Shown here: piece after piece, positions 22,101-32,699 of the stretch
Numbering within the stretch: position 1 is the stretch's first letter
Layout of the letters: each line of letters starts with the position of its first letter
From: Cyanidioschyzon merolae
Taxonomy: Eukaryota
Assembly: GCA_000091205.1 (NCBI GenBank)
Contig: AP006501.2
Length of the DNA: 64,000 nucleotides
Reading direction: 5' to 3' (one strand)
The notes under the pieces: model-generated
Told to the model about the DNA's origin: nothing
Databases searched by the model: none
Seen by the model: the letters and a program-made list of their open reading frames with translations, nothing else
Program-made: the position numbers and the translations under genes

Positions 22101-25100
22101 CATCAGTGACACCCGAAGCATCTTTCCCATCTCCGCTGATCCAGTCATGCGGAGCAACGGTGAGCGCTTCACTGGACGTTCCTGGAACAGCATGTTCAGC
22201 ATCCCGGGAAGCAGGCTCAAACAAACGCGCGGGAAGCTGTTTTTGTTGGGCATCACGTTGCTCGCCATCTCCTTGAGATGACTGACGACGACGACCACGG
22301 AGACGCTCCCACCAGGGCCACCTCCTCCTCCACCAACGCTGCTTCTGATGATGTTGTTGTTGTTCCTGCTGCTGCTGCTGCTGCTGCTGCCACCACCGGC
22401 GAAGGCCACTAGTGGCCGGGGCACCGTCCGGCACTTGTCTCGCAGCGTCCGCTGCAGGTGCTTTTGCAACGAGCACACCAGTCGCCGAGTCCGTAGCGAG
22501 TTCACCAGTAAAGGTGGCTGCGGCAACCGCCAAGCGCTCCGACGTTGCCCGGAGCGCCTCTTCCGCCTGGTGTTGGTCTCTGCTGATGAGGCGAGCAATC
22601 GCCTGTGTCATTGGCATGTCGATCGCTGTACCGCTCGGGGAGAGCAAGCATGTCGTCGCTTCAGTGCATGTCGACTGCTGCTCTTCGTGGACATGACACG
22701 GCGCAGTGTCTCTGCATCGGGTGCATACCGGAGATACGGCAGGTAGCGCGCTTGTCGGCTGCGCTGCCTCCAGGTCCGGCTCGGAGAGCACCAGGTGAGG
22801 CGCTGGGCCCGGGTGCGCGCTGCGTCGCTGCTGTGAATGCCTCCTAGAGTGCGTCTCCGGTGCCTGGCGCTGCTGCGGAGGATACGATACCGCTGTGCGT
22901 GGTCGTCCAAAGCCAAGGGGAAGGCGTGCTCGCCCTGACGCTATATGCTGCGTACGGCTCCAGTACCAGCGGAGCTCTAGAACACCGTGTGCTACGAGAA
23001 TCACCGCATCTGGTAGCTGAAAACTCGCCTGGAGACGCTCGCCTAGCAGTAACGAGCGCACATGGCCAGCCTGGCGAAAAGCGACATAGAGGCGATACGC
23101 CTGCGCAGAGGCGGAGTTCAGACCACCATCCAGAAGCCTTTCGGTTATCGATGTTGACGTTGTTGCTGCTGTTGCTGCTGCTGCTGGAGCACTCGTTTGG
23201 ACGCTCGTCGCTCCCGCTGGTGCGAAGGATGCGCCTGTAGTGGTGGTGGTGGTGGTGGTGGTTTTCGGGGTGCCCCCTGCTGACGACGACGCTGTCGCTA
23301 GCACAGGTTTGGATCCTGGCGACTGCGTCTCGTGGAACATTGGTGCCGCGGGCTGGAACCAGCGCCGAATACCAGCCTCAATGCGCTTCTCAAACGACGG
23401 AGCCGGAAATCGCACAGAAACTCGCTGCAGAGCCTCTCGCCGCATATCAATCTGGTCCAAAAGACCTCGAAACTCGCGTTTGGTCAGGAGACCCTCCGCG
23501 TACATGATTTCCAGGAGACGCTCCTGTCGACTGAGCATTACTGCGGCTGCTCGCAACGACTCCACAGAGCGTACCGTTTCGAGGCTGAGGATTCGCATCG
23601 AACGAAGATGCTGCTCGCAGCGCTGTAGATCGTGCTCCAGCTCTTGCAAGACTTGCGCATTCGCATGCAGAATCATGGTGAGCAAAAGCACCGCTCGCGG
23701 ATGAGGTTCACTTTTCTCATGTCGAAGCAGGGAATGGAGTGCTCGCATGCATTCGGAATAACGGCTCCGCCAGGCTTGGGCGAGCGCTACCGCCAGTCCC
23801 GACAGCACGTCATAGCCAACAAACAGACGACGGTGAAGCAGTGCCAGAGCCAGTCGATCGAGAAAGCGCACCCTACCCAAGACGTGTATGGCGAGGCGCT
23901 CGTAGCGACGCAAGCCCCAGCCGGCTTTCTGACTGCCCTCACAGAGGCGCAGCGTACCGGTGTGCGGCGCCAGGCATACCTTATCGTTGACGTAGTCGGT
24001 TACTGAGTCGAGGAGGCGGTACGTGACACGACTAATCGACCCAATGAGGTGCTGTTTCTGCACGTTCGCACGCACAGCAAGCAGCGTGCGCCGGCGACTC
24101 TCCATGAGGAGGCGACTGAACGCCGGGGAGTCCCCGAGCTTGCGCTCGAGAGGGAAACGCGTTAGCCAGTGCGCTAGACTTGGAAGCGACTCTTCGGGAA
24201 GGGGCTCTGGCTCTGGAGTTCGGACTGCCCTTGCAGGATTTCCTGTATCCGGCACTGGTCCCGGAGGCAATGATGAGACGCGAGATGCCCCAGTTGCCGT
24301 CTTGTCGGGTGCAGGAGTGCCAGCAGCATCGGGCTGACGTAGACGCGCCTTCCAGATGGCTTCGGCATTCGACCACGGTACCGGAGCGCTGCTGCTTGTC
24401 GTACCGGAGTTCGCGTCATCTCCAGGATCCAGAGACGACGACTCGGGAGAACGGGACGCACAGTCTGGCTCACGCGGCCCAGTTGGTGGCGTGGCTTGTC
24501 CTGGGGGCGCCACTCCGTAGCCGGGCGCCTGCTCCCCGTTCAAGCTCGCTGGAGGATCGTTCCCGGCAGCGGCCTTCGTGTAGCGCGCTGCCAAGTGCCG
24601 AATACGGGCGCGCACCCGCCCTGCACTTAACAGCAGCTCATCGAGTTTGTAAGGTAGAATGGCAGCCTCTTCCACGAATCCCCAATTTGCGTGAACGAAG
24701 CGACTGTGCTTCTGCATCTCCCGCAGCGCCTCTTTGGCTTGCCGGTGAAGACGGCGTACCTGGAGTCGAAACAGTCGCACTTCAGCGGCACTCTGGCTGA
24801 GGAGGCCCAGCCAGGCAGCGACCTGCCTCACTGTCGTTCCCTGGAACAACAGAGTCAGGAGTACGATCATCGAGGTCCACAGCTGAACCCGAGCAGATAC
24901 CACTGTACTACCGCGAATGGAAGGCGTATGGAAGACAATCTGGGCGGCAATGAGAGAGATGGCTCCGCGTAGGCCACAGTGAACGATGAGGATGGCCTCT
25001 CGCCACGAGGCCCCGTAACGACCAGTGCGCAGAATAGGAAACAGCGCCACCACCGCCACAACACGACAGAGGTAAGTGACAGGATAGAGCGCTACTCCGT

Positions 25101-26208
25101 AGCCAATTGCCGCGGCGTTCACGCCACTCTTTCCCCAGAAAACAATGAGGTTGACCACGGAGATAAAGCCAGCGTACACAAATGCAATCGAATTGATGAT
25201 ATGCGATATCGCTTCCCAGAATGCATCCAGAGACTCTTGAAATGCCGGTGTGATCGAAGCGATTCGGTCAGCGGAGAACATCACGCCGAACACGGACACA
25301 GCCACAATGCCGCTGCAGCCGCAGGGCCCGTCTGCAACGTAGAACACCAGATACGCCATAACGAGTGTACTGCCGATCTCGATGGCAGCATCTCGCCAGA
25401 CGAGGCGAAGCAGCAGCAACGTCGGGATGCCCATCGCGATACCGATGAGGAAACCGCCACCTGCAAGACGGAAGAACTGCTCTACAAGGTAGCCAAAGGA
25501 GAGATTCGGATTCGGCATCAGACGAGAGAGGAAGACAATGAAGAGAGTGAATCCGGAACCGTCATTGAAAAGCGCCTCGCCCTGGATCATGACCTGGATA
25601 TGCTTCCGCACCGGCGTTTGGGAAAGCGTAAGCGCAACCGCAAGTGCATCCGTTGGCGAAATGAGCGCCCCAAAGAGCCAGCCAGCATCGAAGCTCCAAC
25701 CGGCTGTACCGAACACGTACGTGGTGAATGCCGCCACAATCGCCGCCGAAATGAAAACCAAGATAATGCTTAGCGCGAATTGATGGGGAATGGTATGTTT
25801 CACGACCCACCAGTCAAGATACATGGCGCTCTCGAAGAGAATCGGCGGGAACAGGATGTAGTACAGGATCGTCGGTTTGTCGACGCTTACCCATAGCCGC
25901 AGTGACTCTGACAATTCACCCAGAGGTAGGTAACAACCAGCGACCCCGAAAACACCGCCAAGAATGACAAGCGGAACGGTATACGGTAAGGTCAGTCGGT
26001 ATCGAATGAAAAGGCCGCGAATGATGTACGAGAAGAGCACTGCCAGGAGTGGAAACAGCAGTACCGTGAAAAGCGACGGTGTTCCGGTACGAAAGCCGCG
26101 GCAGGTATTGAATATGGCTGCATCCTCGCTGGTGCTATTCGCGGCGTGAATCACTTGTGTTTGAAGTGCGGTGAGCTTCGAAGCCAACCCCTCAAACGAC
26201 GTATGCAT
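19138..26208 (-). CDS. Giant (2356 aa) paralogue of the upstream SLC9C-type exchanger: NHE TM domain, S4-like helix, CNBD with a poly-Thr insertion, and a long low-complexity tail with poly-Q
   Basis: Collinear with ORF 10655..16849: ISPTDALAV, VMIQGEALFNDGSGFTLFIVF, GRVRFLDRLALALLHRRLF (S4-like), LLDQIDMRREALQRVSVRF, then LPDAVILVAHGVLEL after a T9 run. TM-region identity to paralogue 1 is roughly 70-75% by eye. Confidence 0.8.
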   Translation of the reverse strand: MHTSFEGLASKLTALQTQVIHAANSTSEDAAIFNTCRGFRTGTPSLFTVLLFPLLAVLFSYIIRGLFIRYRLTLPYTVPLVILGGVFGVAGCYLPLGELSESLRLWVSVDKPTILYYILFPPILFESAMYLDWWVVKHTIPHQFALSIILVFISAAIVAAFTTYVFGTAGWSFDAGWLFGALISPTDALAVALTLSQTPVRKHIQVMIQGEALFNDGSGFTLFIVFLSRLMPNPNLSFGYLVEQFFRLAGGGFLIGIAMGIPTLLLLRLVWRDAAIEIGSTLVMAYLVFYVADGPCGCSGIVAVSVFGVMFSADRIASITPAFQESLDAFWEAISHIINSIAFVYAGFISVVNLIVFWGKSGVNAAAIGYGVALYPVTYLCRVVAVVALFPILRTGRYGASWREAILIVHCGLRGAISLIAAQIVFHTPSIRGSTVVSARVQLWTSMIVLLTLLFQGTTVRQVAAWLGLLSQSAAEVRLFRLQVRRLHRQAKEALREMQKHSRFVHANWGFVEEAAILPYKLDELLLSAGRVRARIRHLAARYTKAAAGNDPPASLNGEQAPGYGVAPPGQATPPTGPREPDCASRSPESSSLDPGDDANSGTTSSSAPVPWSNAEAIWKARLRQPDAAGTPAPDKTATGASRVSSLPPGPVPDTGNPARAVRTPEPEPLPEESLPSLAHWLTRFPLERKLGDSPAFSRLLMESRRRTLLAVRANVQKQHLIGSISRVTYRLLDSVTDYVNDKVCLAPHTGTLRLCEGSQKAGWGLRRYERLAIHVLGRVRFLDRLALALLHRRLFVGYDVLSGLAVALAQAWRSRYSECMRALHSLLRHEKSEPHPRAVLLLTMILHANAQVLQELEHDLQRCEQHLRSMRILSLETVRSVESLRAAAVMLSRQERLLEIMYAEGLLTKREFRGLLDQIDMRREALQRVSVRFPAPSFEKRIEAGIRRWFQPAAPMFHETQSPGSKPVLATASSSAGGTPKTTTTTTTTTGASFAPAGATSVQTSAPAAAATAATTSTSITERLLDGGLNSASAQAYRLYVAFRQAGHVRSLLLGERLQASFQLPDAVILVAHGVLELRWYWSRTQHIASGRARLPLGFGRPRTAVSYPPQQRQAPETHSRRHSQQRRSAHPGPAPHLVLSEPDLEAAQPTSALPAVSPVCTRCRDTAPCHVHEEQQSTCTEATTCLLSPSGTAIDMPMTQAIARLISRDQHQAEEALRATSERLAVAAATFTGELATDSATGVLVAKAPAADAARQVPDGAPATSGLRRWWQQQQQQQQEQQQHHQKQRWWRRRWPWWERLRGRRRQSSQGDGEQRDAQQKQLPARLFEPASRDAEHAVPGTSSEALTVAPHDWISGDGKDASGVTDGKREGAACRRADAMRSNRTWTNNNNISSNNRNHCGDHRNTGAHQSRSSTARCATGTPPSAMRPGTDLVEWDDDEGEDALEGEALETESAVLDATPGALLVASSWSAAAPEQERLTLATSPSQCTAAEGLLPLPEYEVVSLLRHDDPLRNVHGVGGVLFAHRYPYELVVASPVANVLLIPRQAFQQLVSSERGWWQEALRLGAAELVDALIPGLETFFSELYQIAVTEDGNGNSLHALQRPHSEHMAESVTCPELSLRNAALTESEQRAAALVTMTTTAAAGIPSKSAGGNAAIATTPLAASGVPLDTRAPTRPEPTTPAPTTLVDRQPLVLGERPETGASTEAGSHSAAARPTRRPLLPPRQDSFTMYDYLQRSDQAAPWWLDASRSTDDRANLRYQVYVTGALAWYGLYERVYHVHEGICAVNVPLLEPATPSLILILLTGTLEIRPTSAYGAQILQDAFVPETGSDTPAGPWLQRYRAPLMPTASSQTGTGVERGSASPAAEREHESAVTGEADVQPAGGIRSADASRRVDTKPRRWLLLPDGMPPAKLLVLRGAAIPSLLQFLSNHEKASVASVALHQANDATLPQQRLRPGSTSSDGNGSTGTGKITDSGGNRSSLSGDAPSPLSEWQTWAGRVSAPAVLRLDHFAASCARPCEDVALFAAAASDRNDAVASAVSKTATSPCFLWMDLNQPLLQKERKRLVQSALRLQRLAAARERVSSRRGRGAQRLSTTTAPMSDTSRISKPSEVDQPGNTVPADIMCAGTDALHPTCSDGSSGERFIGQAAGESGTRPGLLRSWTLPSGMVSLTETFPSESADRERSEQTRGHAGSIAGPWMRQFEQKHRTETETELEQQLWRHRHTRPPRRSRSELVDILANYSEEVANPVEDTGLQLLFEESATGTPVVYRGGSTGQAPPWQTRDLRETHRSVSDTVLEGSSSFLSAEQDAGSIPAVTDPASEVLESNTPDRRQLERDAELMAREHMF

Positions 26209-27048
26209 TCGCGCTCGGTACGCGGGTGCGGTTCTTTGACCGGAGCGCCGTCCTCGCTGCGACCGCTTCCACCCGAACGCGTCGCAACTCGCGAGAAGCA
26301 GTGCTCTTACCCCTCGTACGTGCCGTTTGCGGTGCAGAACGCGCCTCGATGAGGCGGTGTCTCCAGCGAGACTTTTGAAAAGGACAGCGGTCGACTGCTC
26401 GTTTCGAGTGCTCGCTTAGTGAAGACGGTGACTCCGGTCGTGATGAACGCCCTGATTTACAAACGGAAGTCGTCAAGCTGTATGCACAGACACACTTGGA
26501 TAAAAGTGTGGGCGCTTTATCCGCGGGTCCTCTTTTGACGCTGAACGTCGAGGCTCCAGTCGGTGCCGATTTTGCGGCGTTCCTCGGCAGAGCAGTGTGC
26601 GCGGGTACGAGGTGGTACGACGGGAACGGGCCTCAACGATGGCCTCGTGCTGCTTGTCCAATTATAGACATTTGTGTCCCAAATAGAACAGATTTATCCG
26701 GGATCCAGGTGAGCCAGCAGCGTTTCGTTCATACAATCATGCGGGCACCGTACGCCATCTATCCTCGTTCAGGTCTATTTCGATTCGTCACAGAGGCCGA
26801 TGATCCTCAATGCTTTCGTTCGCTGGCTTGTTCAGGCGTACGCGGTTCGTACTGGCCATCTCGTGTGCGAGCTCATGCCCGAGCTCTGGCGCGGGATGCG
26901 CGCACTGCGGATACATGGTGCGTCGACGAATGCTGCAAATGCAATACGCTCTTTTTGCTCAAGGATATTGTATGGAAGCAACGGGAATTGATGAAATTGT
27001 ATACGATTCATTGCATCGGTGTTCGTTGACCGCGAAAGAAATCTCTAA

Positions 27049-27792
27049 CTAGGGAATCTTTTGTAGCTGCCTCGGTGGGGCAGCTACAACGACCTGGGAG
27101 GTACGACAGAGTGGCTCCAACTGGAATCTAGAATGTGCAGCGTGCACCGGGCGCTCGTCCAGCGTTTTGGAACGCTTCCTATGGCGTGGCGTACCGGAGA
27201 CCAGCACCACTGAAGACTCTGATACGCATACGAGGCAGCATCGCGACACCAAGCGATGAGATTCGGACGGTAGATATGCGCAGAGCAGTACAGCGAGCGA
27301 GCCTTCGAGACTCGTACGCTGCCGCTGGTCGTTGGCTAGGATAGATAGCATGTGCAGCTGCGCCGTCCCGACACCGCCAGCCACGAGACGCATCGGTGCG
27401 CGCCCAGGTTGGAGGCGAGGCTCGTGCGCAGCTCGAACACCCCCACGGCTTTTCGCAGGGCCTCGTACCCATTCAAAGTCGCATACGGAGCAGCACAGCT
27501 TCGAGCTCTCCAGATGAAAGCCAGCAAAGAAGGGAGCTCTTCCCAATTGCGTTGATATCGCTCTATGAGAAGCCTCATGGGACGATGCCCGCTGGTCGCA
27601 GCCCGGGGCAAACGAGTCTGGTTCACACGTGACCTGATCCCCAGCAGATAACCTAGACGAATCCCATGGGCGGCGAGAATCTCCCTGAACGTACGCATCA
27701 AAGGCGCCAGTGTCTCGCCGCATCTCCGCGCTCATGCGATGCACCGTGCCGATCACGCGTTCGTCAACACGCATCGTTGCGTTTGAGTACAT
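27049..27792 (-). CDS. Hypothetical ORF (247 aa), no recognisable domain. An alternative frame, 27336..27701, is also open
   Basis: ORF only. Two overlapping minus-strand frames are open. Composition is unremarkable. Confidence 0.15.
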   Translation of the reverse strand: MYSNATMRVDERVIGTVHRMSAEMRRDTGAFDAYVQGDSRRPWDSSRLSAGDQVTCEPDSFAPGCDQRASSHEASHRAISTQLGRAPFFAGFHLESSKLCCSVCDFEWVRGPAKSRGGVRAAHEPRLQPGRAPMRLVAGGVGTAQLHMLSILANDQRQRTSLEGSLAVLLCAYLPSESHRLVSRCCLVCVSESSVVLVSGTPRHRKRSKTLDERPVHAAHSRFQLEPLCRTSQVVVAAPPRQLQKIP

Positions 27793-27799
27793 AATTTCG

Positions 27800-28250
27800 T
27801 TCTTTTCCGCCAGACAGGGATAACGATCATCCGGGATTCTACACCTCCACTTTCATAACTTTCTGTTATTTTTTTATTCATGAAAACGAACCCACTTCGA
27901 ACGCGTCTACTATAAACCCCGAAAAATCACTTGAATACACGCACTTAAGGGTTGACACACAATTGAGATCGAAAAATATCCTTTGCTATGGCGTTAACAC
28001 AAATACATCGTGAACGTTAGAGCAGCACGATAGTGATCAGGCTCGTGTTCTCTTCAATGGCGAGACGCGCGTCGTATCTCATGCCTGCAAGACATAGAGG
28101 TGCGCGTATCGAGCGCACCATAGAAAAAAAAGAACTGAAACGAGTTACTAACTAACAACTCGATGAGACTTTCTTTCCCAATCTATAGTAAACGTTGAAC
28201 GGAGAAAAACCTTTCCGTATTGTTGATAGTTTACCTTATAGGTGGCAAGT
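27800..28250. promoter_or_regulatory. AT-rich island between the divergent starts of ORF 27049..27792 (-) and the ZIP transporter (+). Candidate bidirectional promoter
   Basis: Sharp drop in GC, with runs such as ttatttttttattcatgaaaa and atagaaaaaaaagaactgaaa, lying between the two gene starts. Confidence 0.3.
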
Positions 28251-29079
28251 CCCGCGACCCGAACGAGTCTGCCGGGGAAGTGGCTTACGCGAATCTGCAG
28301 CGGCGGGTGCAGTGGAGCGACTTGGCCAGCTCATCTGAAAAGCAGTTTATCCTGAGACTAGGAGCTGGTAGCCTGCGTCTGGGCACTGCCCAAGTCGCCA
28401 TGCACTCCCAGCAGCAGATTGCTTCGCGCTGCCACAGGCAACACGCCTGTCTGCGCAGCCTGCTGGCTTCCAGAATGCTTACGCGCTCCAACCCCGTGTT
28501 AGATGAATGACGCCTCGAGCCGACGCCCTCAGCATTATGGCAAAGCCGTTCTGTCTCCGTGATGCACCGGTTCAAGCGGTTTAGGTGCTGACGCGGGAGC
28601 AGCAAGACAGATTATGCACACGATACAACGCACAAATCGACTAGTACATCCGACAGGAAGAATGGGCAATGGAACTTGGGGGTAGGTTGCATCATGATGG
28701 ACGCTTTCCCGAAGGCCAATACCCAATTCGCAGCCTCGGCTCCATGGTCTATGTAGACGATTTTATCGAATCGAGAAAAAATCGCATCGCCGCCGCCGCC
28801 GCCGCCGCGATGCGTGCCCTGCCAAGGCACGCTGTCAGAACAAATACAGCTTTGACTCAAATTTGTTGGACGTAGCGCCATTCGTGGACACGTGTCCCGA
28901 AGGCACGCCGGAGCGCGCAGCCCGATCACAAGTGGACACGAGCAGTTGCGTCGCACCACCGCCGTCGCCATGCTGAACCGCTAGGCCGCGCGAGCTGTTC
29001 CAGGTGGCGCTGCATTCGCTTCTTGGAGAAGGCATTGTGCTCGTGGTCAGAGTGAAGCACAGGTACTCCATAGACACAG

Positions 29080-30267
29080 ATGGCTAGCTCCGGACCTGTA
29101 TGCAACACCTTGGGGGTGAACAACTACAGTAACCCCTTGCATATCGCTGGTCTGTTCGTGATTCTCTGCGGAGGTTTCCTCGGCGCCTTCCTGCCAGTTG
29201 CTGCCAAGCGTTACCCGTGGCTGCGAATCCCTGGTATGGTTCTCCAGCTTGGTCGTGCTTTCGGTACTGGCGTCGTGATCGCCACAGGGTTTGTGCATAT
29301 GATGCCGCCTGCCTTGGCAAACCTGAGCGACGCTTGTCTGCCGGGGTTCTTCACCGACACGTACAACTCGCTTGGAGCGGCGATCGCGCTGGGCGCAGCG
29401 CTCTTCATGCAGTTACTCGAGTTCAGCGGGCGAGTTTATATTGGACGCTACATGGATCGAATTATTGCTGAGCACGCAGCGGCTCGAAAAGCGCTGGCGT
29501 TTTCGGCGAAACAAGCGCACGCTCAAGTGCCTTCGGAGGAAGGCACGCTCGCAGCGCTTGCGCCCGACCCCGAAGCCGGCACACTTCAGGGAGCCAGCGC
29601 TCTGCAACCAGACAACGCTGAAAGCATTCAGCCGTCACCAGGCTCTGAGTTGTGCGCCTGCGCGGTAGAAGAGCCGGTTGTGAAAACGCAATTAATGCAC
29701 AGCGAAGGTTCGGCGCTTTGCTCCCTAGCACTGAGCGACGAGGATCGCTCGGATGAAAAGAAGCTTCTCGATAAGGCAGAGCTGCGCAACCTGAAGCTCA
29801 TTGTGATTATTTTCGAGTTCGGCGTCGCTGTGCACTCGGTCATCGTGGGGCTGGACTTTGGCGTCAGTACTGGACAAACGGCGGTGACGCTCTTTGCTGC
29901 GCTCATTTTCCATCAGTTTTTCGAGGGTGTGGCGCTCGGAACGACGATTTCCGAGGCCGGTTTCGCCTGGTGGCTCGTCATGCTCATGGTGATATCGTTT
30001 GCGCTCGAGACTCCAGTTGGAACCGCGATCGGCATGGGCATTTCGCGGGCCTACAACCCGAACTCGGTGGCCTCGCTGGTGATCCGCGGCGTTCTCGATG
30101 GACTCTCCGCAGGTATCCTAATCTATACAGGTCTGGTGGACCTGTTGACTTACCGGTTTACGCTGAACACGGAGCTCCATAAGCAGCAGCTAGTCTGGGT
30201 TGTTCTGACGATCGCGTTCGTCTGGGCCGGGGCCATCGGCATGAGCATCATTGGGGCTTGGATCTAA
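29080..30267 (+). CDS. ZIP (ZRT/IRT-like) divalent-metal transporter, 395 aa, complete
   Basis: Eight predicted TM helices. ZIP signature HSVIVGLDFGVS in TM4 and HQFFEGVALG in TM5. Variable cytosolic loop between TM3 and TM4. Confidence 0.85.
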   Translation: MASSGPVCNTLGVNNYSNPLHIAGLFVILCGGFLGAFLPVAAKRYPWLRIPGMVLQLGRAFGTGVVIATGFVHMMPPALANLSDACLPGFFTDTYNSLGAAIALGAALFMQLLEFSGRVYIGRYMDRIIAEHAAARKALAFSAKQAHAQVPSEEGTLAALAPDPEAGTLQGASALQPDNAESIQPSPGSELCACAVEEPVVKTQLMHSEGSALCSLALSDEDRSDEKKLLDKAELRNLKLIVIIFEFGVAVHSVIVGLDFGVSTGQTAVTLFAALIFHQFFEGVALGTTISEAGFAWWLVMLMVISFALETPVGTAIGMGISRAYNPNSVASLVIRGVLDGLSAGILIYTGLVDLLTYRFTLNTELHKQQLVWVVLTIAFVWAGAIGMSIIGAWI

Positions 30268-30305
30268 GAGTAGCCGCTTTGGACGCTTTACGCAGACTCA
30301 CACGC

Positions 30306-30323
30306 TGTGTGTGTGTGTGTGTG
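30306..30323. repeat. (TG)9 dinucleotide microsatellite
   Basis: ctgtgtgtgtgtgtgtgtgcat immediately 3' of the ZIP gene. Confidence 0.9.
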
Positions 30324-31925
30324 CATCGTAGTCCAGGAACGACGGAGCAAACATGCTAAGCGCAGCAATACGGAGCGTTTGTCGGGAGTCTTCAATGAAT
30401 CAAGGAGGAAAAATGCACCGCGTGGCTTCCGGTCAGCTGTTTTCGATCATGGACCTCGGTGCGCAGTGGACGCCTGCAAGCTGCCGTCGCTTCTCGGGGG
30501 TGTTCCTTCCTGTGCGTCCGATTGAATCCATCCTTCCCCATGAATCCATTTGAAGAAGCCGGAAATCGCCCAGGTCGGCACGTGCCTTTTCTCATTTCTC
30601 ATCGTCGTGAACAAAGTGCAGGCTTGTTTCTTCGGAAACGAAAGGAGGCTGTGCGAGGCCGCACAAGTCGCTATGTCGCGAGGCGTGCGCGCCCAAGCCC
30701 ACGATACTACTTCGTTTGCAAAATACTGAGTAGCGTTGTTTTCTATGAGAAAGATCGTTGTATGGACAGATGTATGGAAGAAGAAGACTTGATAAGTTCG
30801 AGAACATTAAACTGGCGCCCAACGGCCCGTTTCGGAATGAACACGATATCACTTGGTAAAGACGCAACGATTGGCTATGGACAATAGACTCCTAACTGGA
30901 GCAATCATCGCTGCATGCCGTACATCTCGGGTCGTGCAGGCTTCGGCGTTGGTCCTCGCCACCAGGAAAGCACGCTGTCGAGCGTTGTTCTCCCCGTCGT
31001 CGGAACCATGCACTTGAAGAAGCCTTCCAAGGACAGGGTGCTACTGCCGGAGCATGGTCGACCCGATGAACCTCAGCTCAGTCCACAAAGGCAAGACTCG
31101 CAGCACGAGACACCGGACCAGGCCCTCCTGGTACCACACCGGAGCTGCTCGCCACCGTTGCTGTGCTAGACCTCTACGACTTGTTCACTGCGTCACATAC
31201 GCAAAGTATGCGTGCGTTCCTGAATTGAGGCGGGAAACTCTTTTCCTTCTCGTAGATCTTTCCTACTCAAAGACGAGCTGCCAGGGAAACGCAGGTAGAC
31301 GTCGATCCGCAGGCAGCGCGCAAGCTGTGAACCACCACCATCACCACAAAGAAGCACAGAACGAGCTCGAGCGGCGTGGAGTCGAATAGCGGAACGCTGC
31401 ACGTTGCAGTGCAACTCGAGTGCGGTCCGGTGTACAAGCACAGCGCTGGCAAGCGTCTTGCAGAGTGAGGCGTCGCAAAGCAGGTCAACGAAGTGGTTCA
31501 GCGACGTGCGACCACAGCGACGAACCGCTTGGCTCGCCAGACGAACGCTGCAACGCACCTGGCGCTTTGGAGCAGGTATCAAACGAGCTCGTCACCATTT
31601 ACTCGATAGTGTCAAGTTTTGGCAGAGGACGCGTCTCAAGTCACGAGCGTCAGAGATGAGACGCTCGTTCCGGGCGAGCCCGTCTCTACAAGTTGGTGTT
31701 GTTCCCGGTCAGTAAGCAACAACCGCTCTTTTCGGCGTTACGTATAGGGTATGCAACACCCCGAAACGACCCGCTACGGATACCACGCGCGCCGAAACCC
31801 CACGTCCACCATTCCTGCACAAGTAGGGCCCTGTCATACCATTCGCTTGTGGAATACAGCGACCATGTGGATACTTGCGCTTCGCTCCTGCTAGCTCTGG
31901 GGAGCCGTGCGCACGCCCAGCATGC

Positions 31926-32699
31926 CTAGGATACGGGCGGGAATACCTCAGTTTCAATTTTGCGCAGCATGGGTTCTAGCTGATCATCGCGAATACGGTA
32001 GAAGTCGACACTCTTCTCCGCGAGAAATCGCACGCGATCGCTCTCTACGGCCGCGAAGCAGACCAGAGATGCGTCAATAATGGTCGGCGCGTGGGTAATG
32101 ATATACTTTTGACGCTGAAGCACGTCCGCTTCTGCTTCCCGAAACCGACTCTCCGCCTCGTACATGAGATCGCGCAATGGTGCCAATGTCTTCTCATCTG
32201 TTTTCGCTCGTTCTTTATCCTCGACGACCGCGCGGCGTGCATCGTAATCCTTAGCAAGCTTCTCCAGCCGGACGGAGCGCTCGCGGCATTCCCGTAAGCG
32301 ACTCTGGAATTCTTTGATGTACTGCAGCAAGCGGGTCGATCCTTTCTCGCCCGCCCCAAGATGATGGTTACGCATCTCTTCCGAGATCGTTTTCGCTAGT
32401 GAGGCGATACGATCAGCGTGCTCTCTTCGCTCTGAATCACCCTGTTGGCTTTCCGTCTGCTGCAGTTCGTTCGCGTAAAGCACCGTGAGCTCACCGATAC
32501 GCACCCAACTCGTCTGAAACTGGTCCAGGAAACGCACCAGTTTGCCAAGTTGGGTCTCGATTTTGTTCACTGTCTTTTTATTTTCCTCATATTCTTTCAA
32601 AGGAGTACGGTCGATTCGCGCAAAGTTGCGCTTCCAACAGAAACACGAGCACGCCATATGCGTAGCTGGTTGTTCGCCAGCGCAGCCCCAGCGATGCAC
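31926..32699 (-). CDS. Coiled-coil protein with BAR/arfaptin-homology-like helical region (257-aa ORF; the true start may be an internal Met)
   Basis: Long amphipathic helices: KEYEENKKTVNKIETQLGKLVRFLDQF ... LRECRERSVRLEKLAKDYDARRAVVEDKERAKTDEKTLAPLRDLMYEAESRFREAEADVLQRQ. No catalytic motif. Assignment is tentative. Confidence 0.35.
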   Translation of the reverse strand: MHRWGCAGEQPATHMACSCFCWKRNFARIDRTPLKEYEENKKTVNKIETQLGKLVRFLDQFQTSWVRIGELTVLYANELQQTESQQGDSERREHADRIASLAKTISEEMRNHHLGAGEKGSTRLLQYIKEFQSRLRECRERSVRLEKLAKDYDARRAVVEDKERAKTDEKTLAPLRDLMYEAESRFREAEADVLQRQKYIITHAPTIIDASLVCFAAVESDRVRFLAEKSVDFYRIRDDQLEPMLRKIETEVFPPVS

